Source of the DNA: Candidatus Anstonellales archaeon
GTDB taxonomy: Archaea > Micrarchaeota > Micrarchaeia > Anstonellales > J096
Reading direction: 5' to 3'
Assembly: GCA_038890745.1 (NCBI GenBank)
Contig: JAWAFD010000001.1
Span: 32,001-96,000, forward strand
Length of the DNA: 64,000 bases
Shown here: positions 38,211 to 48,813 of the stretch, piece after piece
How positions within the stretch are numbered: the first letter of the stretch is position 1
Layout of the letters: each line of letters starts with the position of its first letter
Translations under genes and position numbers: made by a program
Notes under the pieces: generated by a model
What the model was told of the DNA's origin: nothing
The model's input: the letters and a program-made list of their open reading frames with translations, nothing else
Database searches by the model: none

Positions 38211-40018
38211 TGAAAATTACGCTTGAAAAAATAATTTTGGTGGGGCTGGTAGCTATCTATCTAATTATACTTCTTCCACACCTGGGCCAGCTTAAAACCC
38301 TTCCTTCCCCTCTCTACGGTGGGGATTACTACCATCAGATGGGACAAATCTATCACATGTATGAAACCTCTCCATTTGAATGGTTTGGAAGCAGTAATGG
38401 GCTTGGGGAAAGGCCGGGCTATTTTCCGATTTATGGAATTCTGGTGACTATTTTTGGGAAAATTTTTGGGTTGGAGCCGTTCTATGCTATGATCTATTTT
38501 AACATAATCGCACTGCCGGTTTCTGCGGTGGCGATTTTTCTACTGATAAACAAAATTTTCAAAAACGAAAGCATTTGTTTAACTGGTGTTCTGCTCTACC
38601 TCACCACTTACTCATTTCCGATATTTAAATATACTGAGTTCACAAAATGGGTTGTTGTTCCTGTGTTTTTTTATTTTTTGTATAAATTTTATGAAAAGAC
38701 AGAAATGAAAAACGCTATTTTTCTTGGATTGGCTTATGGAGTGATGGGGCTGAGCCACAGCACCGCTTTTATTTTTGCAACCCTCGCAATAGTTGGAATA
38801 GGAGCATACATATTATGGAAGAATAAAGAAATAAATGCAGCAATTACAGAAAATAAAAAAAATATTTTTGCAGCTTTGGTCTTGGGGTTTGTTATTTCGC
38901 AAATTTATTGGTTTGAACCTATATTTATTTATCATGGAAACAATGAATTGAAAAGCAATATATGGAGCCTTCCGGATTATGGAAACCTGGATTATATGGT
39001 AAGGACTGCGGTTGAGATGTTTGTTGATGTGTTTTTGAATTTTAACACTCTGATAGATGGAATTAGGTCGCTTGCGATAATATTCGGCTTTTATGTAATA
39101 CTCTCAAAAAAAGCATGGATTGAGAACGAGTTTATAATTATTGTCCTGGTTGTTTCGCTTGCACTTACCTATTCTTATTTTCTAACAATGCCTCTGATGG
39201 ATATTCACCTAGTTCCAGGATATTGCGCGGACCTCTACCTTAAATTTTCCGCGCTGCTTATAGGAATGGTTGGAGTAAAAGAAGTTTTTGAAAAATATGG
39301 GCAGAACAAAATAATTACTTATTCTGCGATTGCTATTCTTATGCTTCTTTCAATAATCCAAATGGCTGAGATTGTAAAAAATAAGGAAAATGAGCAATGG
39401 TTTTCGGTTGGAAAAGACGAGTTGCCAGTGTATGTGGAGGAAATGCAAAAATGGGTTTTGAAAAATACAAATATAAACGATGTAATTTTAACAAGTAATG
39501 AAATTGGTTTTGAGGTGAATGCGCTTACTGGAAGAAAATTGGTTGTTTCAAGAAGGGCGCAGAACGATGCGTTTATGCAGGATTTTGATAGAAGGCAGAT
39601 GGATGCGGCAATAATTCTTTATGGAAACAATGATGAAAAACGAAAAGAACTGCTGAGAAAATATAACGTCAAATATGTATACTATGAAGCGACCTGGCCT
39701 GGAAGCGAGTTTTATTTTGATGAAACCGGAAAATTGACTGGATATTTTGACCCCTTGATGGTTGTTTACTCTGAAGAAAAGGAAAACGAGCTAAAAAGGT
39801 ATGGTGTAAAATATTTTAGGATTAGGGGATGGCTGGATCCCGCGGTGCGTGGGATTGATGTGAGGATGTATGATTTGCTTATTGTTTCCCCGGAAAATTA
39901 TGATGATGGTGGGTATGGAATTTGGAGCGATGAATTGGACAAATATTTGGAAAAGGTTTGGAGCTACGAGCAAAATGGAATTTTGTATGGAGCAATGTAT
40001 AGGGTAAATATGGGTTAG
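38210..40018 (+). CDS. Polytopic membrane protein, probable GT-C fold glycosyltransferase
   Basis: GGDYYH loop after TM1, ~11 TM segments, and a soluble C-terminal domain (MQKWVLKNT...LLRKYNVKYVY). Confidence 0.6.
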   Translation: MKITLEKIILVGLVAIYLIILLPHLGQLKTLPSPLYGGDYYHQMGQIYHMYETSPFEWFGSSNGLGERPGYFPIYGILVTIFGKIFGLEPFYAMIYFNIIALPVSAVAIFLLINKIFKNESICLTGVLLYLTTYSFPIFKYTEFTKWVVVPVFFYFLYKFYEKTEMKNAIFLGLAYGVMGLSHSTAFIFATLAIVGIGAYILWKNKEINAAITENKKNIFAALVLGFVISQIYWFEPIFIYHGNNELKSNIWSLPDYGNLDYMVRTAVEMFVDVFLNFNTLIDGIRSLAIIFGFYVILSKKAWIENEFIIIVLVVSLALTYSYFLTMPLMDIHLVPGYCADLYLKFSALLIGMVGVKEVFEKYGQNKIITYSAIAILMLLSIIQMAEIVKNKENEQWFSVGKDELPVYVEEMQKWVLKNTNINDVILTSNEIGFEVNALTGRKLVVSRRAQNDAFMQDFDRRQMDAAIILYGNNDEKRKELLRKYNVKYVYYEATWPGSEFYFDETGKLTGYFDPLMVVYSEEKENELKRYGVKYFRIRGWLDPAVRGIDVRMYDLLIVSPENYDDGGYGIWSDELDKYLEKVWSYEQNGILYGAMYRVNMG

Positions 40019-40067
40019 GCTTAAGATTACTTTTAAATAACTTTGCGAAGTTATGTGATTTGGTAAG

Positions 40068-40712
40068 GTGAGCAGATTGCGTATTGAAATTGTTCCCGCC
40101 ATACTTGTAAAAAGCAGAGAAGAGCTTCTCAAAAAAATAGAAATTGTAAAACCATACGTAAAGAAAGTGCAGATAGATGTGATGGATGGGGTTTTTGTTC
40201 CAAACAAAACGATAGGGATAGAGGAGTTGAGGGAGCTGCCGAAGGGGATAGGGTATGAGTTTCATTGGATGGTAAACGAACCTGAGAAATGGATGGAAAA
40301 AATAAAAGGAAATTTTTTGCATTCTGTTCATATTGAGGCAAAAATGAACTTTGAAAGGGTGAAAGAGGTTGCAAAAAGGAATGGCGGGAGGGTTGGGATA
40401 GCAATAAACCCGCCAACAGCGGCGGGAAAGATTTTTGAGTATGAGGGGTTTGAGGAGATAATGGTGATGGCGGTTAATCCTGGTTTTTCAAATCAAAAGT
40501 ATATCGAAAGCGTGGAGGAAAAGATAAGGATTTTAAGGAGTAGGTATCCAAAACTCAATATTTCTGTTGATGGGGGGATAAATGTTGAAACTATTGGAAG
40601 GGCAGCGAGGGCCGGTGCGAATAAATTTTATGCAGCAAGCGCAATATTTTCAGCAGACAACCCTAGGGAAGCAATAGAAAAACTAAGGAAAGAGGCGGAA
40701 AAACATGCCTAG
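40068..40712 (+). CDS. rpe: Ribulose-phosphate 3-epimerase
   Basis: IDVMDGVFVPN, HWMV, MAVNPGFSNQ and VDGGIN. Confidence 0.93.
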   Translation: MSRLRIEIVPAILVKSREELLKKIEIVKPYVKKVQIDVMDGVFVPNKTIGIEELRELPKGIGYEFHWMVNEPEKWMEKIKGNFLHSVHIEAKMNFERVKEVAKRNGGRVGIAINPPTAAGKIFEYEGFEEIMVMAVNPGFSNQKYIESVEEKIRILRSRYPKLNISVDGGINVETIGRAARAGANKFYAASAIFSADNPREAIEKLRKEAEKHA

Positions 40713-41559
40713 AATGAGAATGAGTGTTAAGGAGATAAAACTGATGGCGAATACAATAAGGCAGGATGTGATAAGGATGCTTCTGGAGGCGAAATCAGGC
40801 CACAGCGCGGGGAGCATAGGGCTTGCGGATATTTTTGCTGCGCTTTATTTTAATGTAATGTACCATGACCCGAAAAATCCTGAATGGGAGGGAAGGGATA
40901 GGCTTGTTTTGAGCAATGGGCATGTCTGCCCTGTTCTTTATGCCACGCTTGCGAACGCAGGGTATTTTCCAAAAGAGGAGCTGCTTACTTTGAGAAAATT
41001 AGGGTCAAGGTTGCAGGGGCATCCGCATAGAGGGAGTTTGCCTGGAATAGAAAACACGAGCGGTTCTCTCGGGCAGGGGTTGAGCATAGCTGTTGGAATG
41101 GCATTGGTTGCGAAGAGGGAGAATAAGAGATGGAGGGTGTATTGCATTGCGAGCGATGGGGAGCACAATGAAGGGCAAATTTGGGAAGCGGTCTTGTTAG
41201 GCGCAAAATACAACCTCGGAAATCTTACCGTTATAATAGATAGGAACAATATCCAGATAGATGGGTTTACTGAGGATGTTCTACCTTTGGAGCCGTTTGC
41301 AGAAAAATACAGGAGTTTTGGATGGAATGTTGTTGAGATAGATGGGCACAATATACGGGAGATAATAGATGCATGCGAAAGGAGCAGGGCTATGTTCAAC
41401 AAGCCAACAGCAATAATTGCGCACACCATACCCGGAAAGGGGATTCCTTACATGGAGTTTTTGAGCGAATGGCACGGAAAATCACCAACAAAGGAGCAGG
41501 CTGAGGAAGCGATAAAACTGCTTGAGGAAGAAAGGAAAGAGATTGAGGAGGAGAAGTAG
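40705..41559 (+). CDS. Transketolase, N-terminal subunit
   Basis: SGHSAGS, DRLVLSNGH, LQGHP, GSLGQG and the SDGEHNEG...N TPP motif. Confidence 0.94.
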   Translation: MPRMRMSVKEIKLMANTIRQDVIRMLLEAKSGHSAGSIGLADIFAALYFNVMYHDPKNPEWEGRDRLVLSNGHVCPVLYATLANAGYFPKEELLTLRKLGSRLQGHPHRGSLPGIENTSGSLGQGLSIAVGMALVAKRENKRWRVYCIASDGEHNEGQIWEAVLLGAKYNLGNLTVIIDRNNIQIDGFTEDVLPLEPFAEKYRSFGWNVVEIDGHNIREIIDACERSRAMFNKPTAIIAHTIPGKGIPYMEFLSEWHGKSPTKEQAEEAIKLLEEERKEIEEEK

Positions 41560-42546
41560 ATGGGAATCGTTAAGGAGATGAAACTAATTGAGGATGTGCT
41601 AAACCCAAAGGAATCTTTACCAAGCAGGGATGGGTTTGGGAAGGCGCTTGTAGAATTGGGAGAGAAAAACCCTAATGTTTGGGTTCTAACTGCTGATGTT
41701 AATGAATCTGCAAGAACGCATTGGTTTTCTGAAAAATTCCCAAAAAGGTTTGTGCAGGTTGGAATATCTGAGCAGAATATGGCTGGTGTTGCTGCCGGGA
41801 TTGCATCCTGCGGAAAAACTGTTTTTATCTCGAGCTATGGTGTGTTTAACCCCGGGAGGAATTTTGACCAGGTAAGGGTAAGCATATGCTACAACAATAC
41901 GAATGTAATCTTGCATGGCTCCCATACTGGTTTGACTGTTGGGCCGGATGGAGCAACGCACCAAGCATTAGAGGACATCGCGATGGTAAGGGTTCTTCCG
42001 AATATGACTGTTGTTGCACCGGCAGATTATGAAGAGGCCAGGAAGGCAACGCTTGCTTTGGGGGAGAAGGGAGGGCCAGCATACATAAGAACAGCAAGGG
42101 AAAAGCTTCCTGTATTCACAACCCCTGAAACCCCTTTTGAGATTGGAAAAGCAAATGTTTATAGGGAAGGAAAGGACATTGCAATCTTTGCAATAGGACC
42201 AATGGTGTATGAAAGTTTGGTCGCTGCTGAGAAGCTGGGTAGAGAAGGGGTGGATTGCGCGGTTATTGATTGCCATACTATAAAACCGATAGATAAAAAA
42301 ACAATTGTGGAATGGGCGAAAAAAACAGGTTTGATTCTGACTGTTGAGGAGCATCAGATAAACGGGGGGATGGGAAGCGCTATCTGCGAGGTTATTTCTG
42401 AGGAATACCCCTGCAAGGTTATAAGGCATGGGGTATATAATAAATTCTGCGAGAGCGGAAGTGCAAAGGAGCTTTTAAGAAAGTATGAGTTGGATGCTGA
42501 TGGGATTGCGAAAAAAATAAAGGAAGCAATAAAAATGAAAAAATGA
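41560..42546 (+). CDS. Transketolase, C-terminal subunit
   Basis: GISEQNM, GPDGATHQ, TIKPID and VEEH...GGMGS. Confidence 0.94.
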   Translation: MGIVKEMKLIEDVLNPKESLPSRDGFGKALVELGEKNPNVWVLTADVNESARTHWFSEKFPKRFVQVGISEQNMAGVAAGIASCGKTVFISSYGVFNPGRNFDQVRVSICYNNTNVILHGSHTGLTVGPDGATHQALEDIAMVRVLPNMTVVAPADYEEARKATLALGEKGGPAYIRTAREKLPVFTTPETPFEIGKANVYREGKDIAIFAIGPMVYESLVAAEKLGREGVDCAVIDCHTIKPIDKKTIVEWAKKTGLILTVEEHQINGGMGSAICEVISEEYPCKVIRHGVYNKFCESGSAKELLRKYELDADGIAKKIKEAIKMKK

Positions 42547-42555
42547 GGGGAGAGG

Positions 42556-43215
42556 ATGAAAATATTTTTGGATAGTGCAAATGTGGAGGAGATAAGGAAG
42601 GCAGCTGAGCTTGGGCTGTGCGATGGGGTGACTACGAACCCTACGATAATTTTGAGGGATGCGCCTGGAAGGGAGCATAAAGAGGTTGTGCAGGAGATCG
42701 CAAGGATAGTGAAGGGACCTGTTTCTGTAGAGGGGATAGGGCAGAAAAAAGAGGAGATAGTAAAGGAAGGATTGGAGTTTTCAAAATGGGCGAAGAATGT
42801 TGTTGTGAAGGTTCCCATCACCCAGGAGGGGCTTGATGCTGTTAGGGTGCTGGAGAAAAAAGGAATAAGAACGAATGTTACGCTTGTTTTTTCACTCTCC
42901 CAGGCATTGCTGGCTGCAAAAGCAGGTGCAAGCTATGTCTCACCGTTTGTTGGGAGATTGGATGATGCCGGGCAGAATGGGATGGAGGTTGTAAGAGGGA
43001 TAATGGAGGCATTCAACAACTATAGATTTAAAACAAAGGTGATTGTTGCATCTGTGAGAAGCGTAAGGCATGTTGAGGAGGCGGCGAGAATTGGAGCGCA
43101 CATTGCAACGATACCCCCAAAAGTGTATAATGAAATGTGGAGGCATGCGCTTACGGAAAAGGGAATACAGATGTTTTTGGAGGATTTTGAAAAGGCGAAG
43201 GGGATGAGGAAGTAG
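42556..43215 (+). CDS. tal: Transaldolase / fructose-6-phosphate aldolase family
   Basis: FLDSAN, GVTTNP, VVKVP, NVTLVFS, SPFVGRLDD and ASVR. Confidence 0.9.
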   Translation: MKIFLDSANVEEIRKAAELGLCDGVTTNPTIILRDAPGREHKEVVQEIARIVKGPVSVEGIGQKKEEIVKEGLEFSKWAKNVVVKVPITQEGLDAVRVLEKKGIRTNVTLVFSLSQALLAAKAGASYVSPFVGRLDDAGQNGMEVVRGIMEAFNNYRFKTKVIVASVRSVRHVEEAARIGAHIATIPPKVYNEMWRHALTEKGIQMFLEDFEKAKGMRK

Positions 43216-43227
43216 AGTTTCTTTTAG

Positions 43228-43255
43228 GGGGAAATATTTAAAAAATTATTTCCCC
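43228..43255. promoter_or_regulatory. Inverted repeat GGGGAAATA-N10-TATTTCCCC enclosing the TATA box of the second AAA_14 ATPase
   Basis: Perfect 9-bp arms around TTTAAAAAAT, 12 nt before the ATG; could instead be the tal terminator. Confidence 0.45.
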
Positions 43256-43267
43256 ATTAACAATACC

Positions 43268-44581
43268 ATGGAGAAAAGGGTGTTGGAAAGGTATCTTGTT
43301 GACAAAAAAGAGCAGATAAAAGAGTTGGAGGTATTCCCCAGAATGATAGATGGTATGCTTACGAAGAATTTTGTGGTGAGTATATTAGGCCCAAGGAGAG
43401 CAGGAAAAAGCTATTTTATGTATGATTTGATAAAAAACAAGTTAAAACTAACAGATGAGGAGTTTGTTTTTGTGAACTTTGAAGATGTTGAGTTATTCCA
43501 TGCTGGGTTCACTGATATTATAGAGTGTGTTAACATGCATGAGGAGATGTACGGAAAGAAACCAACATACATATTCTTGGATGAGATACAGAACATAGCC
43601 AATTGGGAAAGAGCGGTCAGAAGCCTTTTTGAAAGAAAAAAGTATTTTATTTTTCTTTCTGGCTCGTCCTCAAAACTACTCTCGAAGGAAATAGCAACAT
43701 CCCTCAGGGGTAGGGCAACAAACCTATTTCTGTTTCCGCTTTCCTTTAAAGAGTTTATATCTTTAAAGATGGGTGGCATAGTGGATAAAAGAACGATATC
43801 TACATCGGATGAGAACGTAGTTAAAAACAATCTAAGAACATACTTGCAGTTTGGCGGATTTCCAGATGTGGCAACTGGAGCAATAAGCAGAGAGAGATTT
43901 TTTAAAGAATATGTTGATCTGGTAATTTTTAGGGATGTTGTTGAGAGACACAAAATCAAGAATCCATTTGTGATAAAATTTCTAATAAACCGGATAATAA
44001 CCTCATTTTCGAAAGAATTCTCGATTCATAAGGTATACTTAGAGCTAAAATCGCAAGGGGTAAAGGTAAGTAAAAAAACACTTTATAATTACTGTATATA
44101 TCTTGAGGATGCGTTCTTTTCATTTTTTGTTAGAAAATTTTCTTACTCAAAAAATGAGCACATGCTATCCATTCCAAAAGTATTTTTAAATGACAGCGGT
44201 ATGGCAAGTTTGTACGGGAGCTCATCAGAAAACTTTGGAAGGCTTATGGAGAACGTTGTTTTCATAGAATTGCAAAGAAGGAGAAATGAGAATCCATTAA
44301 TGGAAGTCTACTATTACAAATCTCCTGATGGAAAGGAGGTTGATTTCGTAGTGAGTGAAAATGGTGTAAAGGAACTGATAGAAGTAACATATGTTAGTGA
44401 GAGTAAGGAAATAGATAAGAAACAGATCTCAGCAATTCTTTCAGCATCAGAAAAACTAAAATGCAAAAAAATTATTGTTCTAACATGGGAGTATGAAGAC
44501 AAAAAAAGGCTTGATAGTGTGGCGATAGAGTTCATTCCATTGTGGAAATGGCTAATGGGTATACAGATTAGAAGGGGATAA
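43268..44581 (+). CDS. AAA_14 ATPase with DUF4143
   Basis: GPRRAGKS, FLDEIQ, SGSSSKLL, FGGFPD, MENVVFIEL and EVDF...IEV. Confidence 0.9.
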   Translation: MEKRVLERYLVDKKEQIKELEVFPRMIDGMLTKNFVVSILGPRRAGKSYFMYDLIKNKLKLTDEEFVFVNFEDVELFHAGFTDIIECVNMHEEMYGKKPTYIFLDEIQNIANWERAVRSLFERKKYFIFLSGSSSKLLSKEIATSLRGRATNLFLFPLSFKEFISLKMGGIVDKRTISTSDENVVKNNLRTYLQFGGFPDVATGAISRERFFKEYVDLVIFRDVVERHKIKNPFVIKFLINRIITSFSKEFSIHKVYLELKSQGVKVSKKTLYNYCIYLEDAFFSFFVRKFSYSKNEHMLSIPKVFLNDSGMASLYGSSSENFGRLMENVVFIELQRRRNENPLMEVYYYKSPDGKEVDFVVSENGVKELIEVTYVSESKEIDKKQISAILSASEKLKCKKIIVLTWEYEDKKRLDSVAIEFIPLWKWLMGIQIRRG

Positions 44582-44582
44582 T

Positions 44583-45242
44583 ATGAAGATTGCTATTCTT
44601 TTACCAACCTATAATGAAGAGGAAAACATAGAAGAAATGATAAAGAAAATAAGGGGAGTAAGCAAAAAATATGAAATTTTTGTTGTTGACAGCGAGAGCA
44701 AGGATAGGACTGTTGAAATAGCAAGAAAAATGGGTGCGAGAGTGATTGTTGTAAAGGGAAGGGGGAAAGGAAGGGCTGTCGGGGTTGCGTTCAAGAAAAT
44801 AAATGCTGATTTCTTAGTAATGATGGATGCGGATGGAACCTACCCGGCTGATAGAATCCCGGAATTCTTGGAAAAATTAAAAGAATGCGATGTTGTTATT
44901 GGTTCAAGGTTTGCTGGGAGAATTGAGGAAGGGGCAATGAAAATAGTGAATAAAATCGGGAATATTCTTCTGACAGTTTTAGCAAGGGCGCTGTATGGAA
45001 GAAAAATAACAGATGTGTGCTCAGGGATGTGGGGGTTTAGAAGAGAAGCATATAGGGGGATGAACATAACTGCGCCGCATTTTGAGCTTGAGGCGGATTT
45101 GTTTTCTGAGGCTGCGAACAAAAAAATGAAAATATGCGAAATTCCGATAGTTTATAGAAGAAGGGGTGGAAGTACGAAATTGAGGGTTAGGGATGGGTTA
45201 AGAATTGCGTGGTGGTTGGTGAAAAAAGGGCTCATTAGATAG
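44583..45242 (+). CDS. Glycosyltransferase family 2 (dolichol-phosphate sugar synthase-like)
   Basis: LPTYNEE, VVDSES, MDADGTY, IGSRF and TDVCSG. Confidence 0.92.
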   Translation: MKIAILLPTYNEEENIEEMIKKIRGVSKKYEIFVVDSESKDRTVEIARKMGARVIVVKGRGKGRAVGVAFKKINADFLVMMDADGTYPADRIPEFLEKLKECDVVIGSRFAGRIEEGAMKIVNKIGNILLTVLARALYGRKITDVCSGMWGFRREAYRGMNITAPHFELEADLFSEAANKKMKICEIPIVYRRRGGSTKLRVRDGLRIAWWLVKKGLIR

Positions 45243-45273
45243 TTATTTAAAATAGATTGATTATTTCTAAAGT

Positions 45274-47442
45274 ATGAAAGCCAAAATATTTTTTTTAGTA
45301 GGACTTATTCTTTTTTCACTATTTTTTGCATCAACTCCGGAAGAAGATTTTAATGACTGTCTTTGCCAGTGTCGCTGCATAAACGCGATGGGCTTCAGTT
45401 GCGGTAGCGGAGGGGATGTGTGCGAGTATGACCCTGGAGCTACGCTCTGTGGTTTTGACAGGGCCGCTGAGGACAACGCTGTTTGTTCATGCTATTCTCC
45501 GGGGCTTTGCTATCGCGTGGCACTTGAACCAAGCGGAAGCGATTGTTATAATGATTGTGTAAAATGGTATAACCAAGCCAAAACTCAACCGAAACCAAAA
45601 TCAGTATGCGGGGACAGCATTTGTAGCGAAGATGAGAGCGCGTATTCATGTCCTGAGGACTGCGCACCAAAAGAAGAAGAAAAAAAAGAAAAGTGCGAGA
45701 ATGATAAAGATGATGATGGAGACCATTTGATAGACTGCTTTGATACGGCAGACTGTAGATGTTCAGAGACAATAACAATAACTGTAGTATATGAAGGTGA
45801 GGATGGAAAGCTAAAACCCTTGGTTGGCGCAACATTAAATTTCACATGGAAAGATAAGAATGGCAAAGAAAAACACGCGACAGCGATGACTAATGAGGAA
45901 GGTGCGGCATCCGCAAAGATCGAAGGCGTATGGGGCGGTGATGGTATAATTCAGTACAGTATATATCTCGTAGATCAAAAATTCAAATTTATGGAGAATA
46001 AAGAGCAACTCTATTCTGTAAGCGATGAAATCACGCTTAAAAGCGTGCTTAATCTCCACAAAAAGTATAAGATGACTGGAAATGACCGTATAGTTGCGCG
46101 TATATGGGACAGACTCCATGAAGTTTACGACTTTTATACCAAATCATTGCATGCTAACGTTGATTACCAGATGCCTGAAGAGATTTACGTAAAACCCGAC
46201 GCAAATGGCGGTGCATTTCACGCATATGATTCGGCTACATATAAACAAGATAATGGGATTACATTCCAAAATAAAATATTTAACAGAGGGTTTATGGAAA
46301 GCTCCTCACCGCAGAACTGTGAATGGCATGAGTTCAATCATCATGCAATGATGGCTATCTATGGAGGCATGTGGGATCAAAAAAGAATAAGAAATCATTT
46401 GGGGTGGGACAATCCACAGTCAGATGATTCGTATGTTGAAGGTTTTGCAGAATTCATGTCTTTGCTTGAAACAGTTTATTATGCTGACAGATACCCGCGC
46501 CTTGCAGAACACCCAAGCATATATTACTGGGACGGCACGGCGAGCAATCTTGAGAAAAATTTTAAGATACAGGATGATGAAGAGTTAGCTATAGCGAGCA
46601 TACTTTGGGATCTGTATGACCCACACCGCATGTCTCAAATTGATAAGGATCATATAGAAATAGATAAAACAACACTATGGCAGGTGCTGAGCACCCAGCA
46701 CAAATTCAGCGACGGCCAAACGCGCTATATCCACAACACCAGAGATTTATATGAAGCGGTTAAAGCGATTAACGACCCGCAGTTCAGCAAAAAATATAAA
46801 GATGCTTACGAACCGAACGATGATGGTTGGATGGATGAAGCGCCAGCTCTTGAAAAAATATTCATAACGCATGGCGCATTCTTTGATAAAAATAATAATA
46901 GCAGATGGGATGTGGGCGAAGAAGTTGGGTACACAAGTAAAAAAGGTGAGCCTAGCACAAGGCGCACTGATAAGGAGCTACCGCCCGGCTCATTCATTCG
47001 CGCAAATATAAACAATGGAGAAATTAAAGAAGGTATTGTAAAAGTAAAGGTTACGCACCCGGATCCGTACAGTTATCTCAATTATGAATACGAAAGCAAC
47101 TTTATGGATGGGTTGATAGGCATCGCCCCTCCATATGATACACCTACTATTTGGGAAATAACCGTTACACGCGATGGTTATACGGAAAGCCAACCGATAA
47201 CTTTAACTTCAGAAGAGTATAATGCTAAGTATGACCCCAATAAGGAATACTTCGATTCCAAAGAATTTGTGATAACTAGTATCACCACGCCCGGTTATGA
47301 AGAGGAAGATATTTTTGATGGTCTAGAAGAAAATCCGCCACCGGAGGAGGAAGTGTGCTGCTTACCGGCATTATTGTGTGTTGGTATTTTAACTGTAGCT
47401 TCGCTCTCTAGCATAGGAACATGTAAAAAAGGTCTTCAGTAA
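45274..47442 (+). CDS. Exported Cys-rich zinc metallopeptidase-like surface protein
   Basis: Signal peptide, Cys-rich N-terminus, DxDxD Ca-like motif, HEFNH...EGFAEF gluzincin signature, and a C-terminal CCLPA plus hydrophobic anchor. Confidence 0.75.
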   Translation: MKAKIFFLVGLILFSLFFASTPEEDFNDCLCQCRCINAMGFSCGSGGDVCEYDPGATLCGFDRAAEDNAVCSCYSPGLCYRVALEPSGSDCYNDCVKWYNQAKTQPKPKSVCGDSICSEDESAYSCPEDCAPKEEEKKEKCENDKDDDGDHLIDCFDTADCRCSETITITVVYEGEDGKLKPLVGATLNFTWKDKNGKEKHATAMTNEEGAASAKIEGVWGGDGIIQYSIYLVDQKFKFMENKEQLYSVSDEITLKSVLNLHKKYKMTGNDRIVARIWDRLHEVYDFYTKSLHANVDYQMPEEIYVKPDANGGAFHAYDSATYKQDNGITFQNKIFNRGFMESSSPQNCEWHEFNHHAMMAIYGGMWDQKRIRNHLGWDNPQSDDSYVEGFAEFMSLLETVYYADRYPRLAEHPSIYYWDGTASNLEKNFKIQDDEELAIASILWDLYDPHRMSQIDKDHIEIDKTTLWQVLSTQHKFSDGQTRYIHNTRDLYEAVKAINDPQFSKKYKDAYEPNDDGWMDEAPALEKIFITHGAFFDKNNNSRWDVGEEVGYTSKKGEPSTRRTDKELPPGSFIRANINNGEIKEGIVKVKVTHPDPYSYLNYEYESNFMDGLIGIAPPYDTPTIWEITVTRDGYTESQPITLTSEEYNAKYDPNKEYFDSKEFVITSITTPGYEEEDIFDGLEENPPPEEEVCCLPALLCVGILTVASLSSIGTCKKGLQ

Positions 47443-47513
47443 AGAAAATGTTTTTACAGCTCCGATTATCGCTGGGGCACTGGTTATATTTTTAAAATCT
47501 TAATGTGGAATAA

Positions 47514-48374
47514 GTGTGGGTGGTAGGATTGTACGAAAAGCTTTTTTTAAGCGGTATGGTCCTTCTTGTTCTTCTCAGCTGCCCTATTACTGAGAAGCTA
47601 GGAGGAAATGGAGGGGGAAAAGGCACGGATTTTTTTGGTACTGGTGGTTTGGAGAATGGTCTGGATGAGGAATTAGGAAGCGGCGGTGGGTCTCTTGTTA
47701 ATCCGGCAGCCTACATGCTCTCACTATGCCCTGAGATAAAAACAACCAGATGGAGGCAGATGTGCGAGGCTGTTTTTAGCATGGATGCAAGAAAGTGCGA
47801 GACTCAGCGCCAGTACGCTATGAAAGAAGGATGCGAAAGCGCGATTGCAGCAGTCAAGAAAGACCCTTCTCTTTGTGAATCAATCAACCCCTACATTACT
47901 GGAATCGACCATAATGGTAATATTGTCGATACTACATTCAAAACAGATTGCTATGGGCAGTATGCGGTAGCAACTTTGGATGAAAGCTACTGCGGCAAGG
48001 CCGTAAGCAAAACTGATTGTGAATACCTCATAAAATTTGAGAAAAAAGAAATTAGTTTAGAACAGTGCAAAGGCGATTCTGTCTGCTTATGGAGGTATGC
48101 AAAATACACAAAAGATAAGAGAGCATGCGAACAGTTAAAACCGGGCTTTGCTGGTGCAGACCCAAAAGCAGAATGTATGGCCATGATTACCGGTGATGAA
48201 AGGTATTGCGATAACATAGAAAGCATAGATTCAAAGTATCATTGCATAGGAATGGCCAGAGCCACCAAAGCGCTGGAATCAGAAGGAGTTTTTCTTATAA
48301 AAGAGTGCAAGGGAAACTCTGATTGCGAGATGGAAGTATTCGATCAAATGGTAAAGTGGGCTGCAAGGAATTAG
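47514..48374 (+). CDS. Exported or lipid-anchored Cys-rich repeat protein
   Basis: LLVLLSC possible lipobox, Gly-rich linker, repeated C-x(5-7)-D-x3-C units; start uncertain. Confidence 0.7.
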   Translation: MWVVGLYEKLFLSGMVLLVLLSCPITEKLGGNGGGKGTDFFGTGGLENGLDEELGSGGGSLVNPAAYMLSLCPEIKTTRWRQMCEAVFSMDARKCETQRQYAMKEGCESAIAAVKKDPSLCESINPYITGIDHNGNIVDTTFKTDCYGQYAVATLDESYCGKAVSKTDCEYLIKFEKKEISLEQCKGDSVCLWRYAKYTKDKRACEQLKPGFAGADPKAECMAMITGDERYCDNIESIDSKYHCIGMARATKALESEGVFLIKECKGNSDCEMEVFDQMVKWAARN

Positions 48375-48667
48375 CGGATTTTAGCAAAAAATAATAGGAA
48401 AGCAAGGAGGAGTATGAACGCCCCAATTTTGCATTCAATAGGCTCTTTTATATCGCTCTTATCTATATGAGAAGAGTAGTAATGGATTGTCTGTGCGGTG
48501 CAGTTTGAAACGCATTCTTTATACCCGGGCTGGGGTCTCCAGCACCTATCCCATTCAGTATCCCATTTTCCTTTGTAATCCCTGCAACACGCAACCTCGC
48601 AATTCGTACCTGCAAACAGGAGCGGCATTACAAGAATAGCCGCTAGAATGAAAAATATCGCGCGCAT
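48371..48667 (-). CDS. Small exported Cys-rich protein with a C-terminal anchor
   Basis: Signal peptide, CEVACC...C...CVSNC, and C-terminal CKIGAFILLLAFLLFFAKIR. Confidence 0.75.
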   Translation of the reverse strand: MRAIFFILAAILVMPLLFAGTNCEVACCRDYKGKWDTEWDRCWRPQPGYKECVSNCTAQTIHYYSSHIDKSDIKEPIECKIGAFILLLAFLLFFAKIR

Positions 48668-48813
48668 GTAGTATAATCAAACAAAAAATAAATAAGGCTT
48701 ATGGACCGGTGCGGTGAAACAGAATAAGAACATTTAAATATAAGAATGGTGCATAATACATCACTCTTAATTGCTACGGCTTTTGATAGAAAAATAAAAA
48801 AGAGGTAAAGAAA

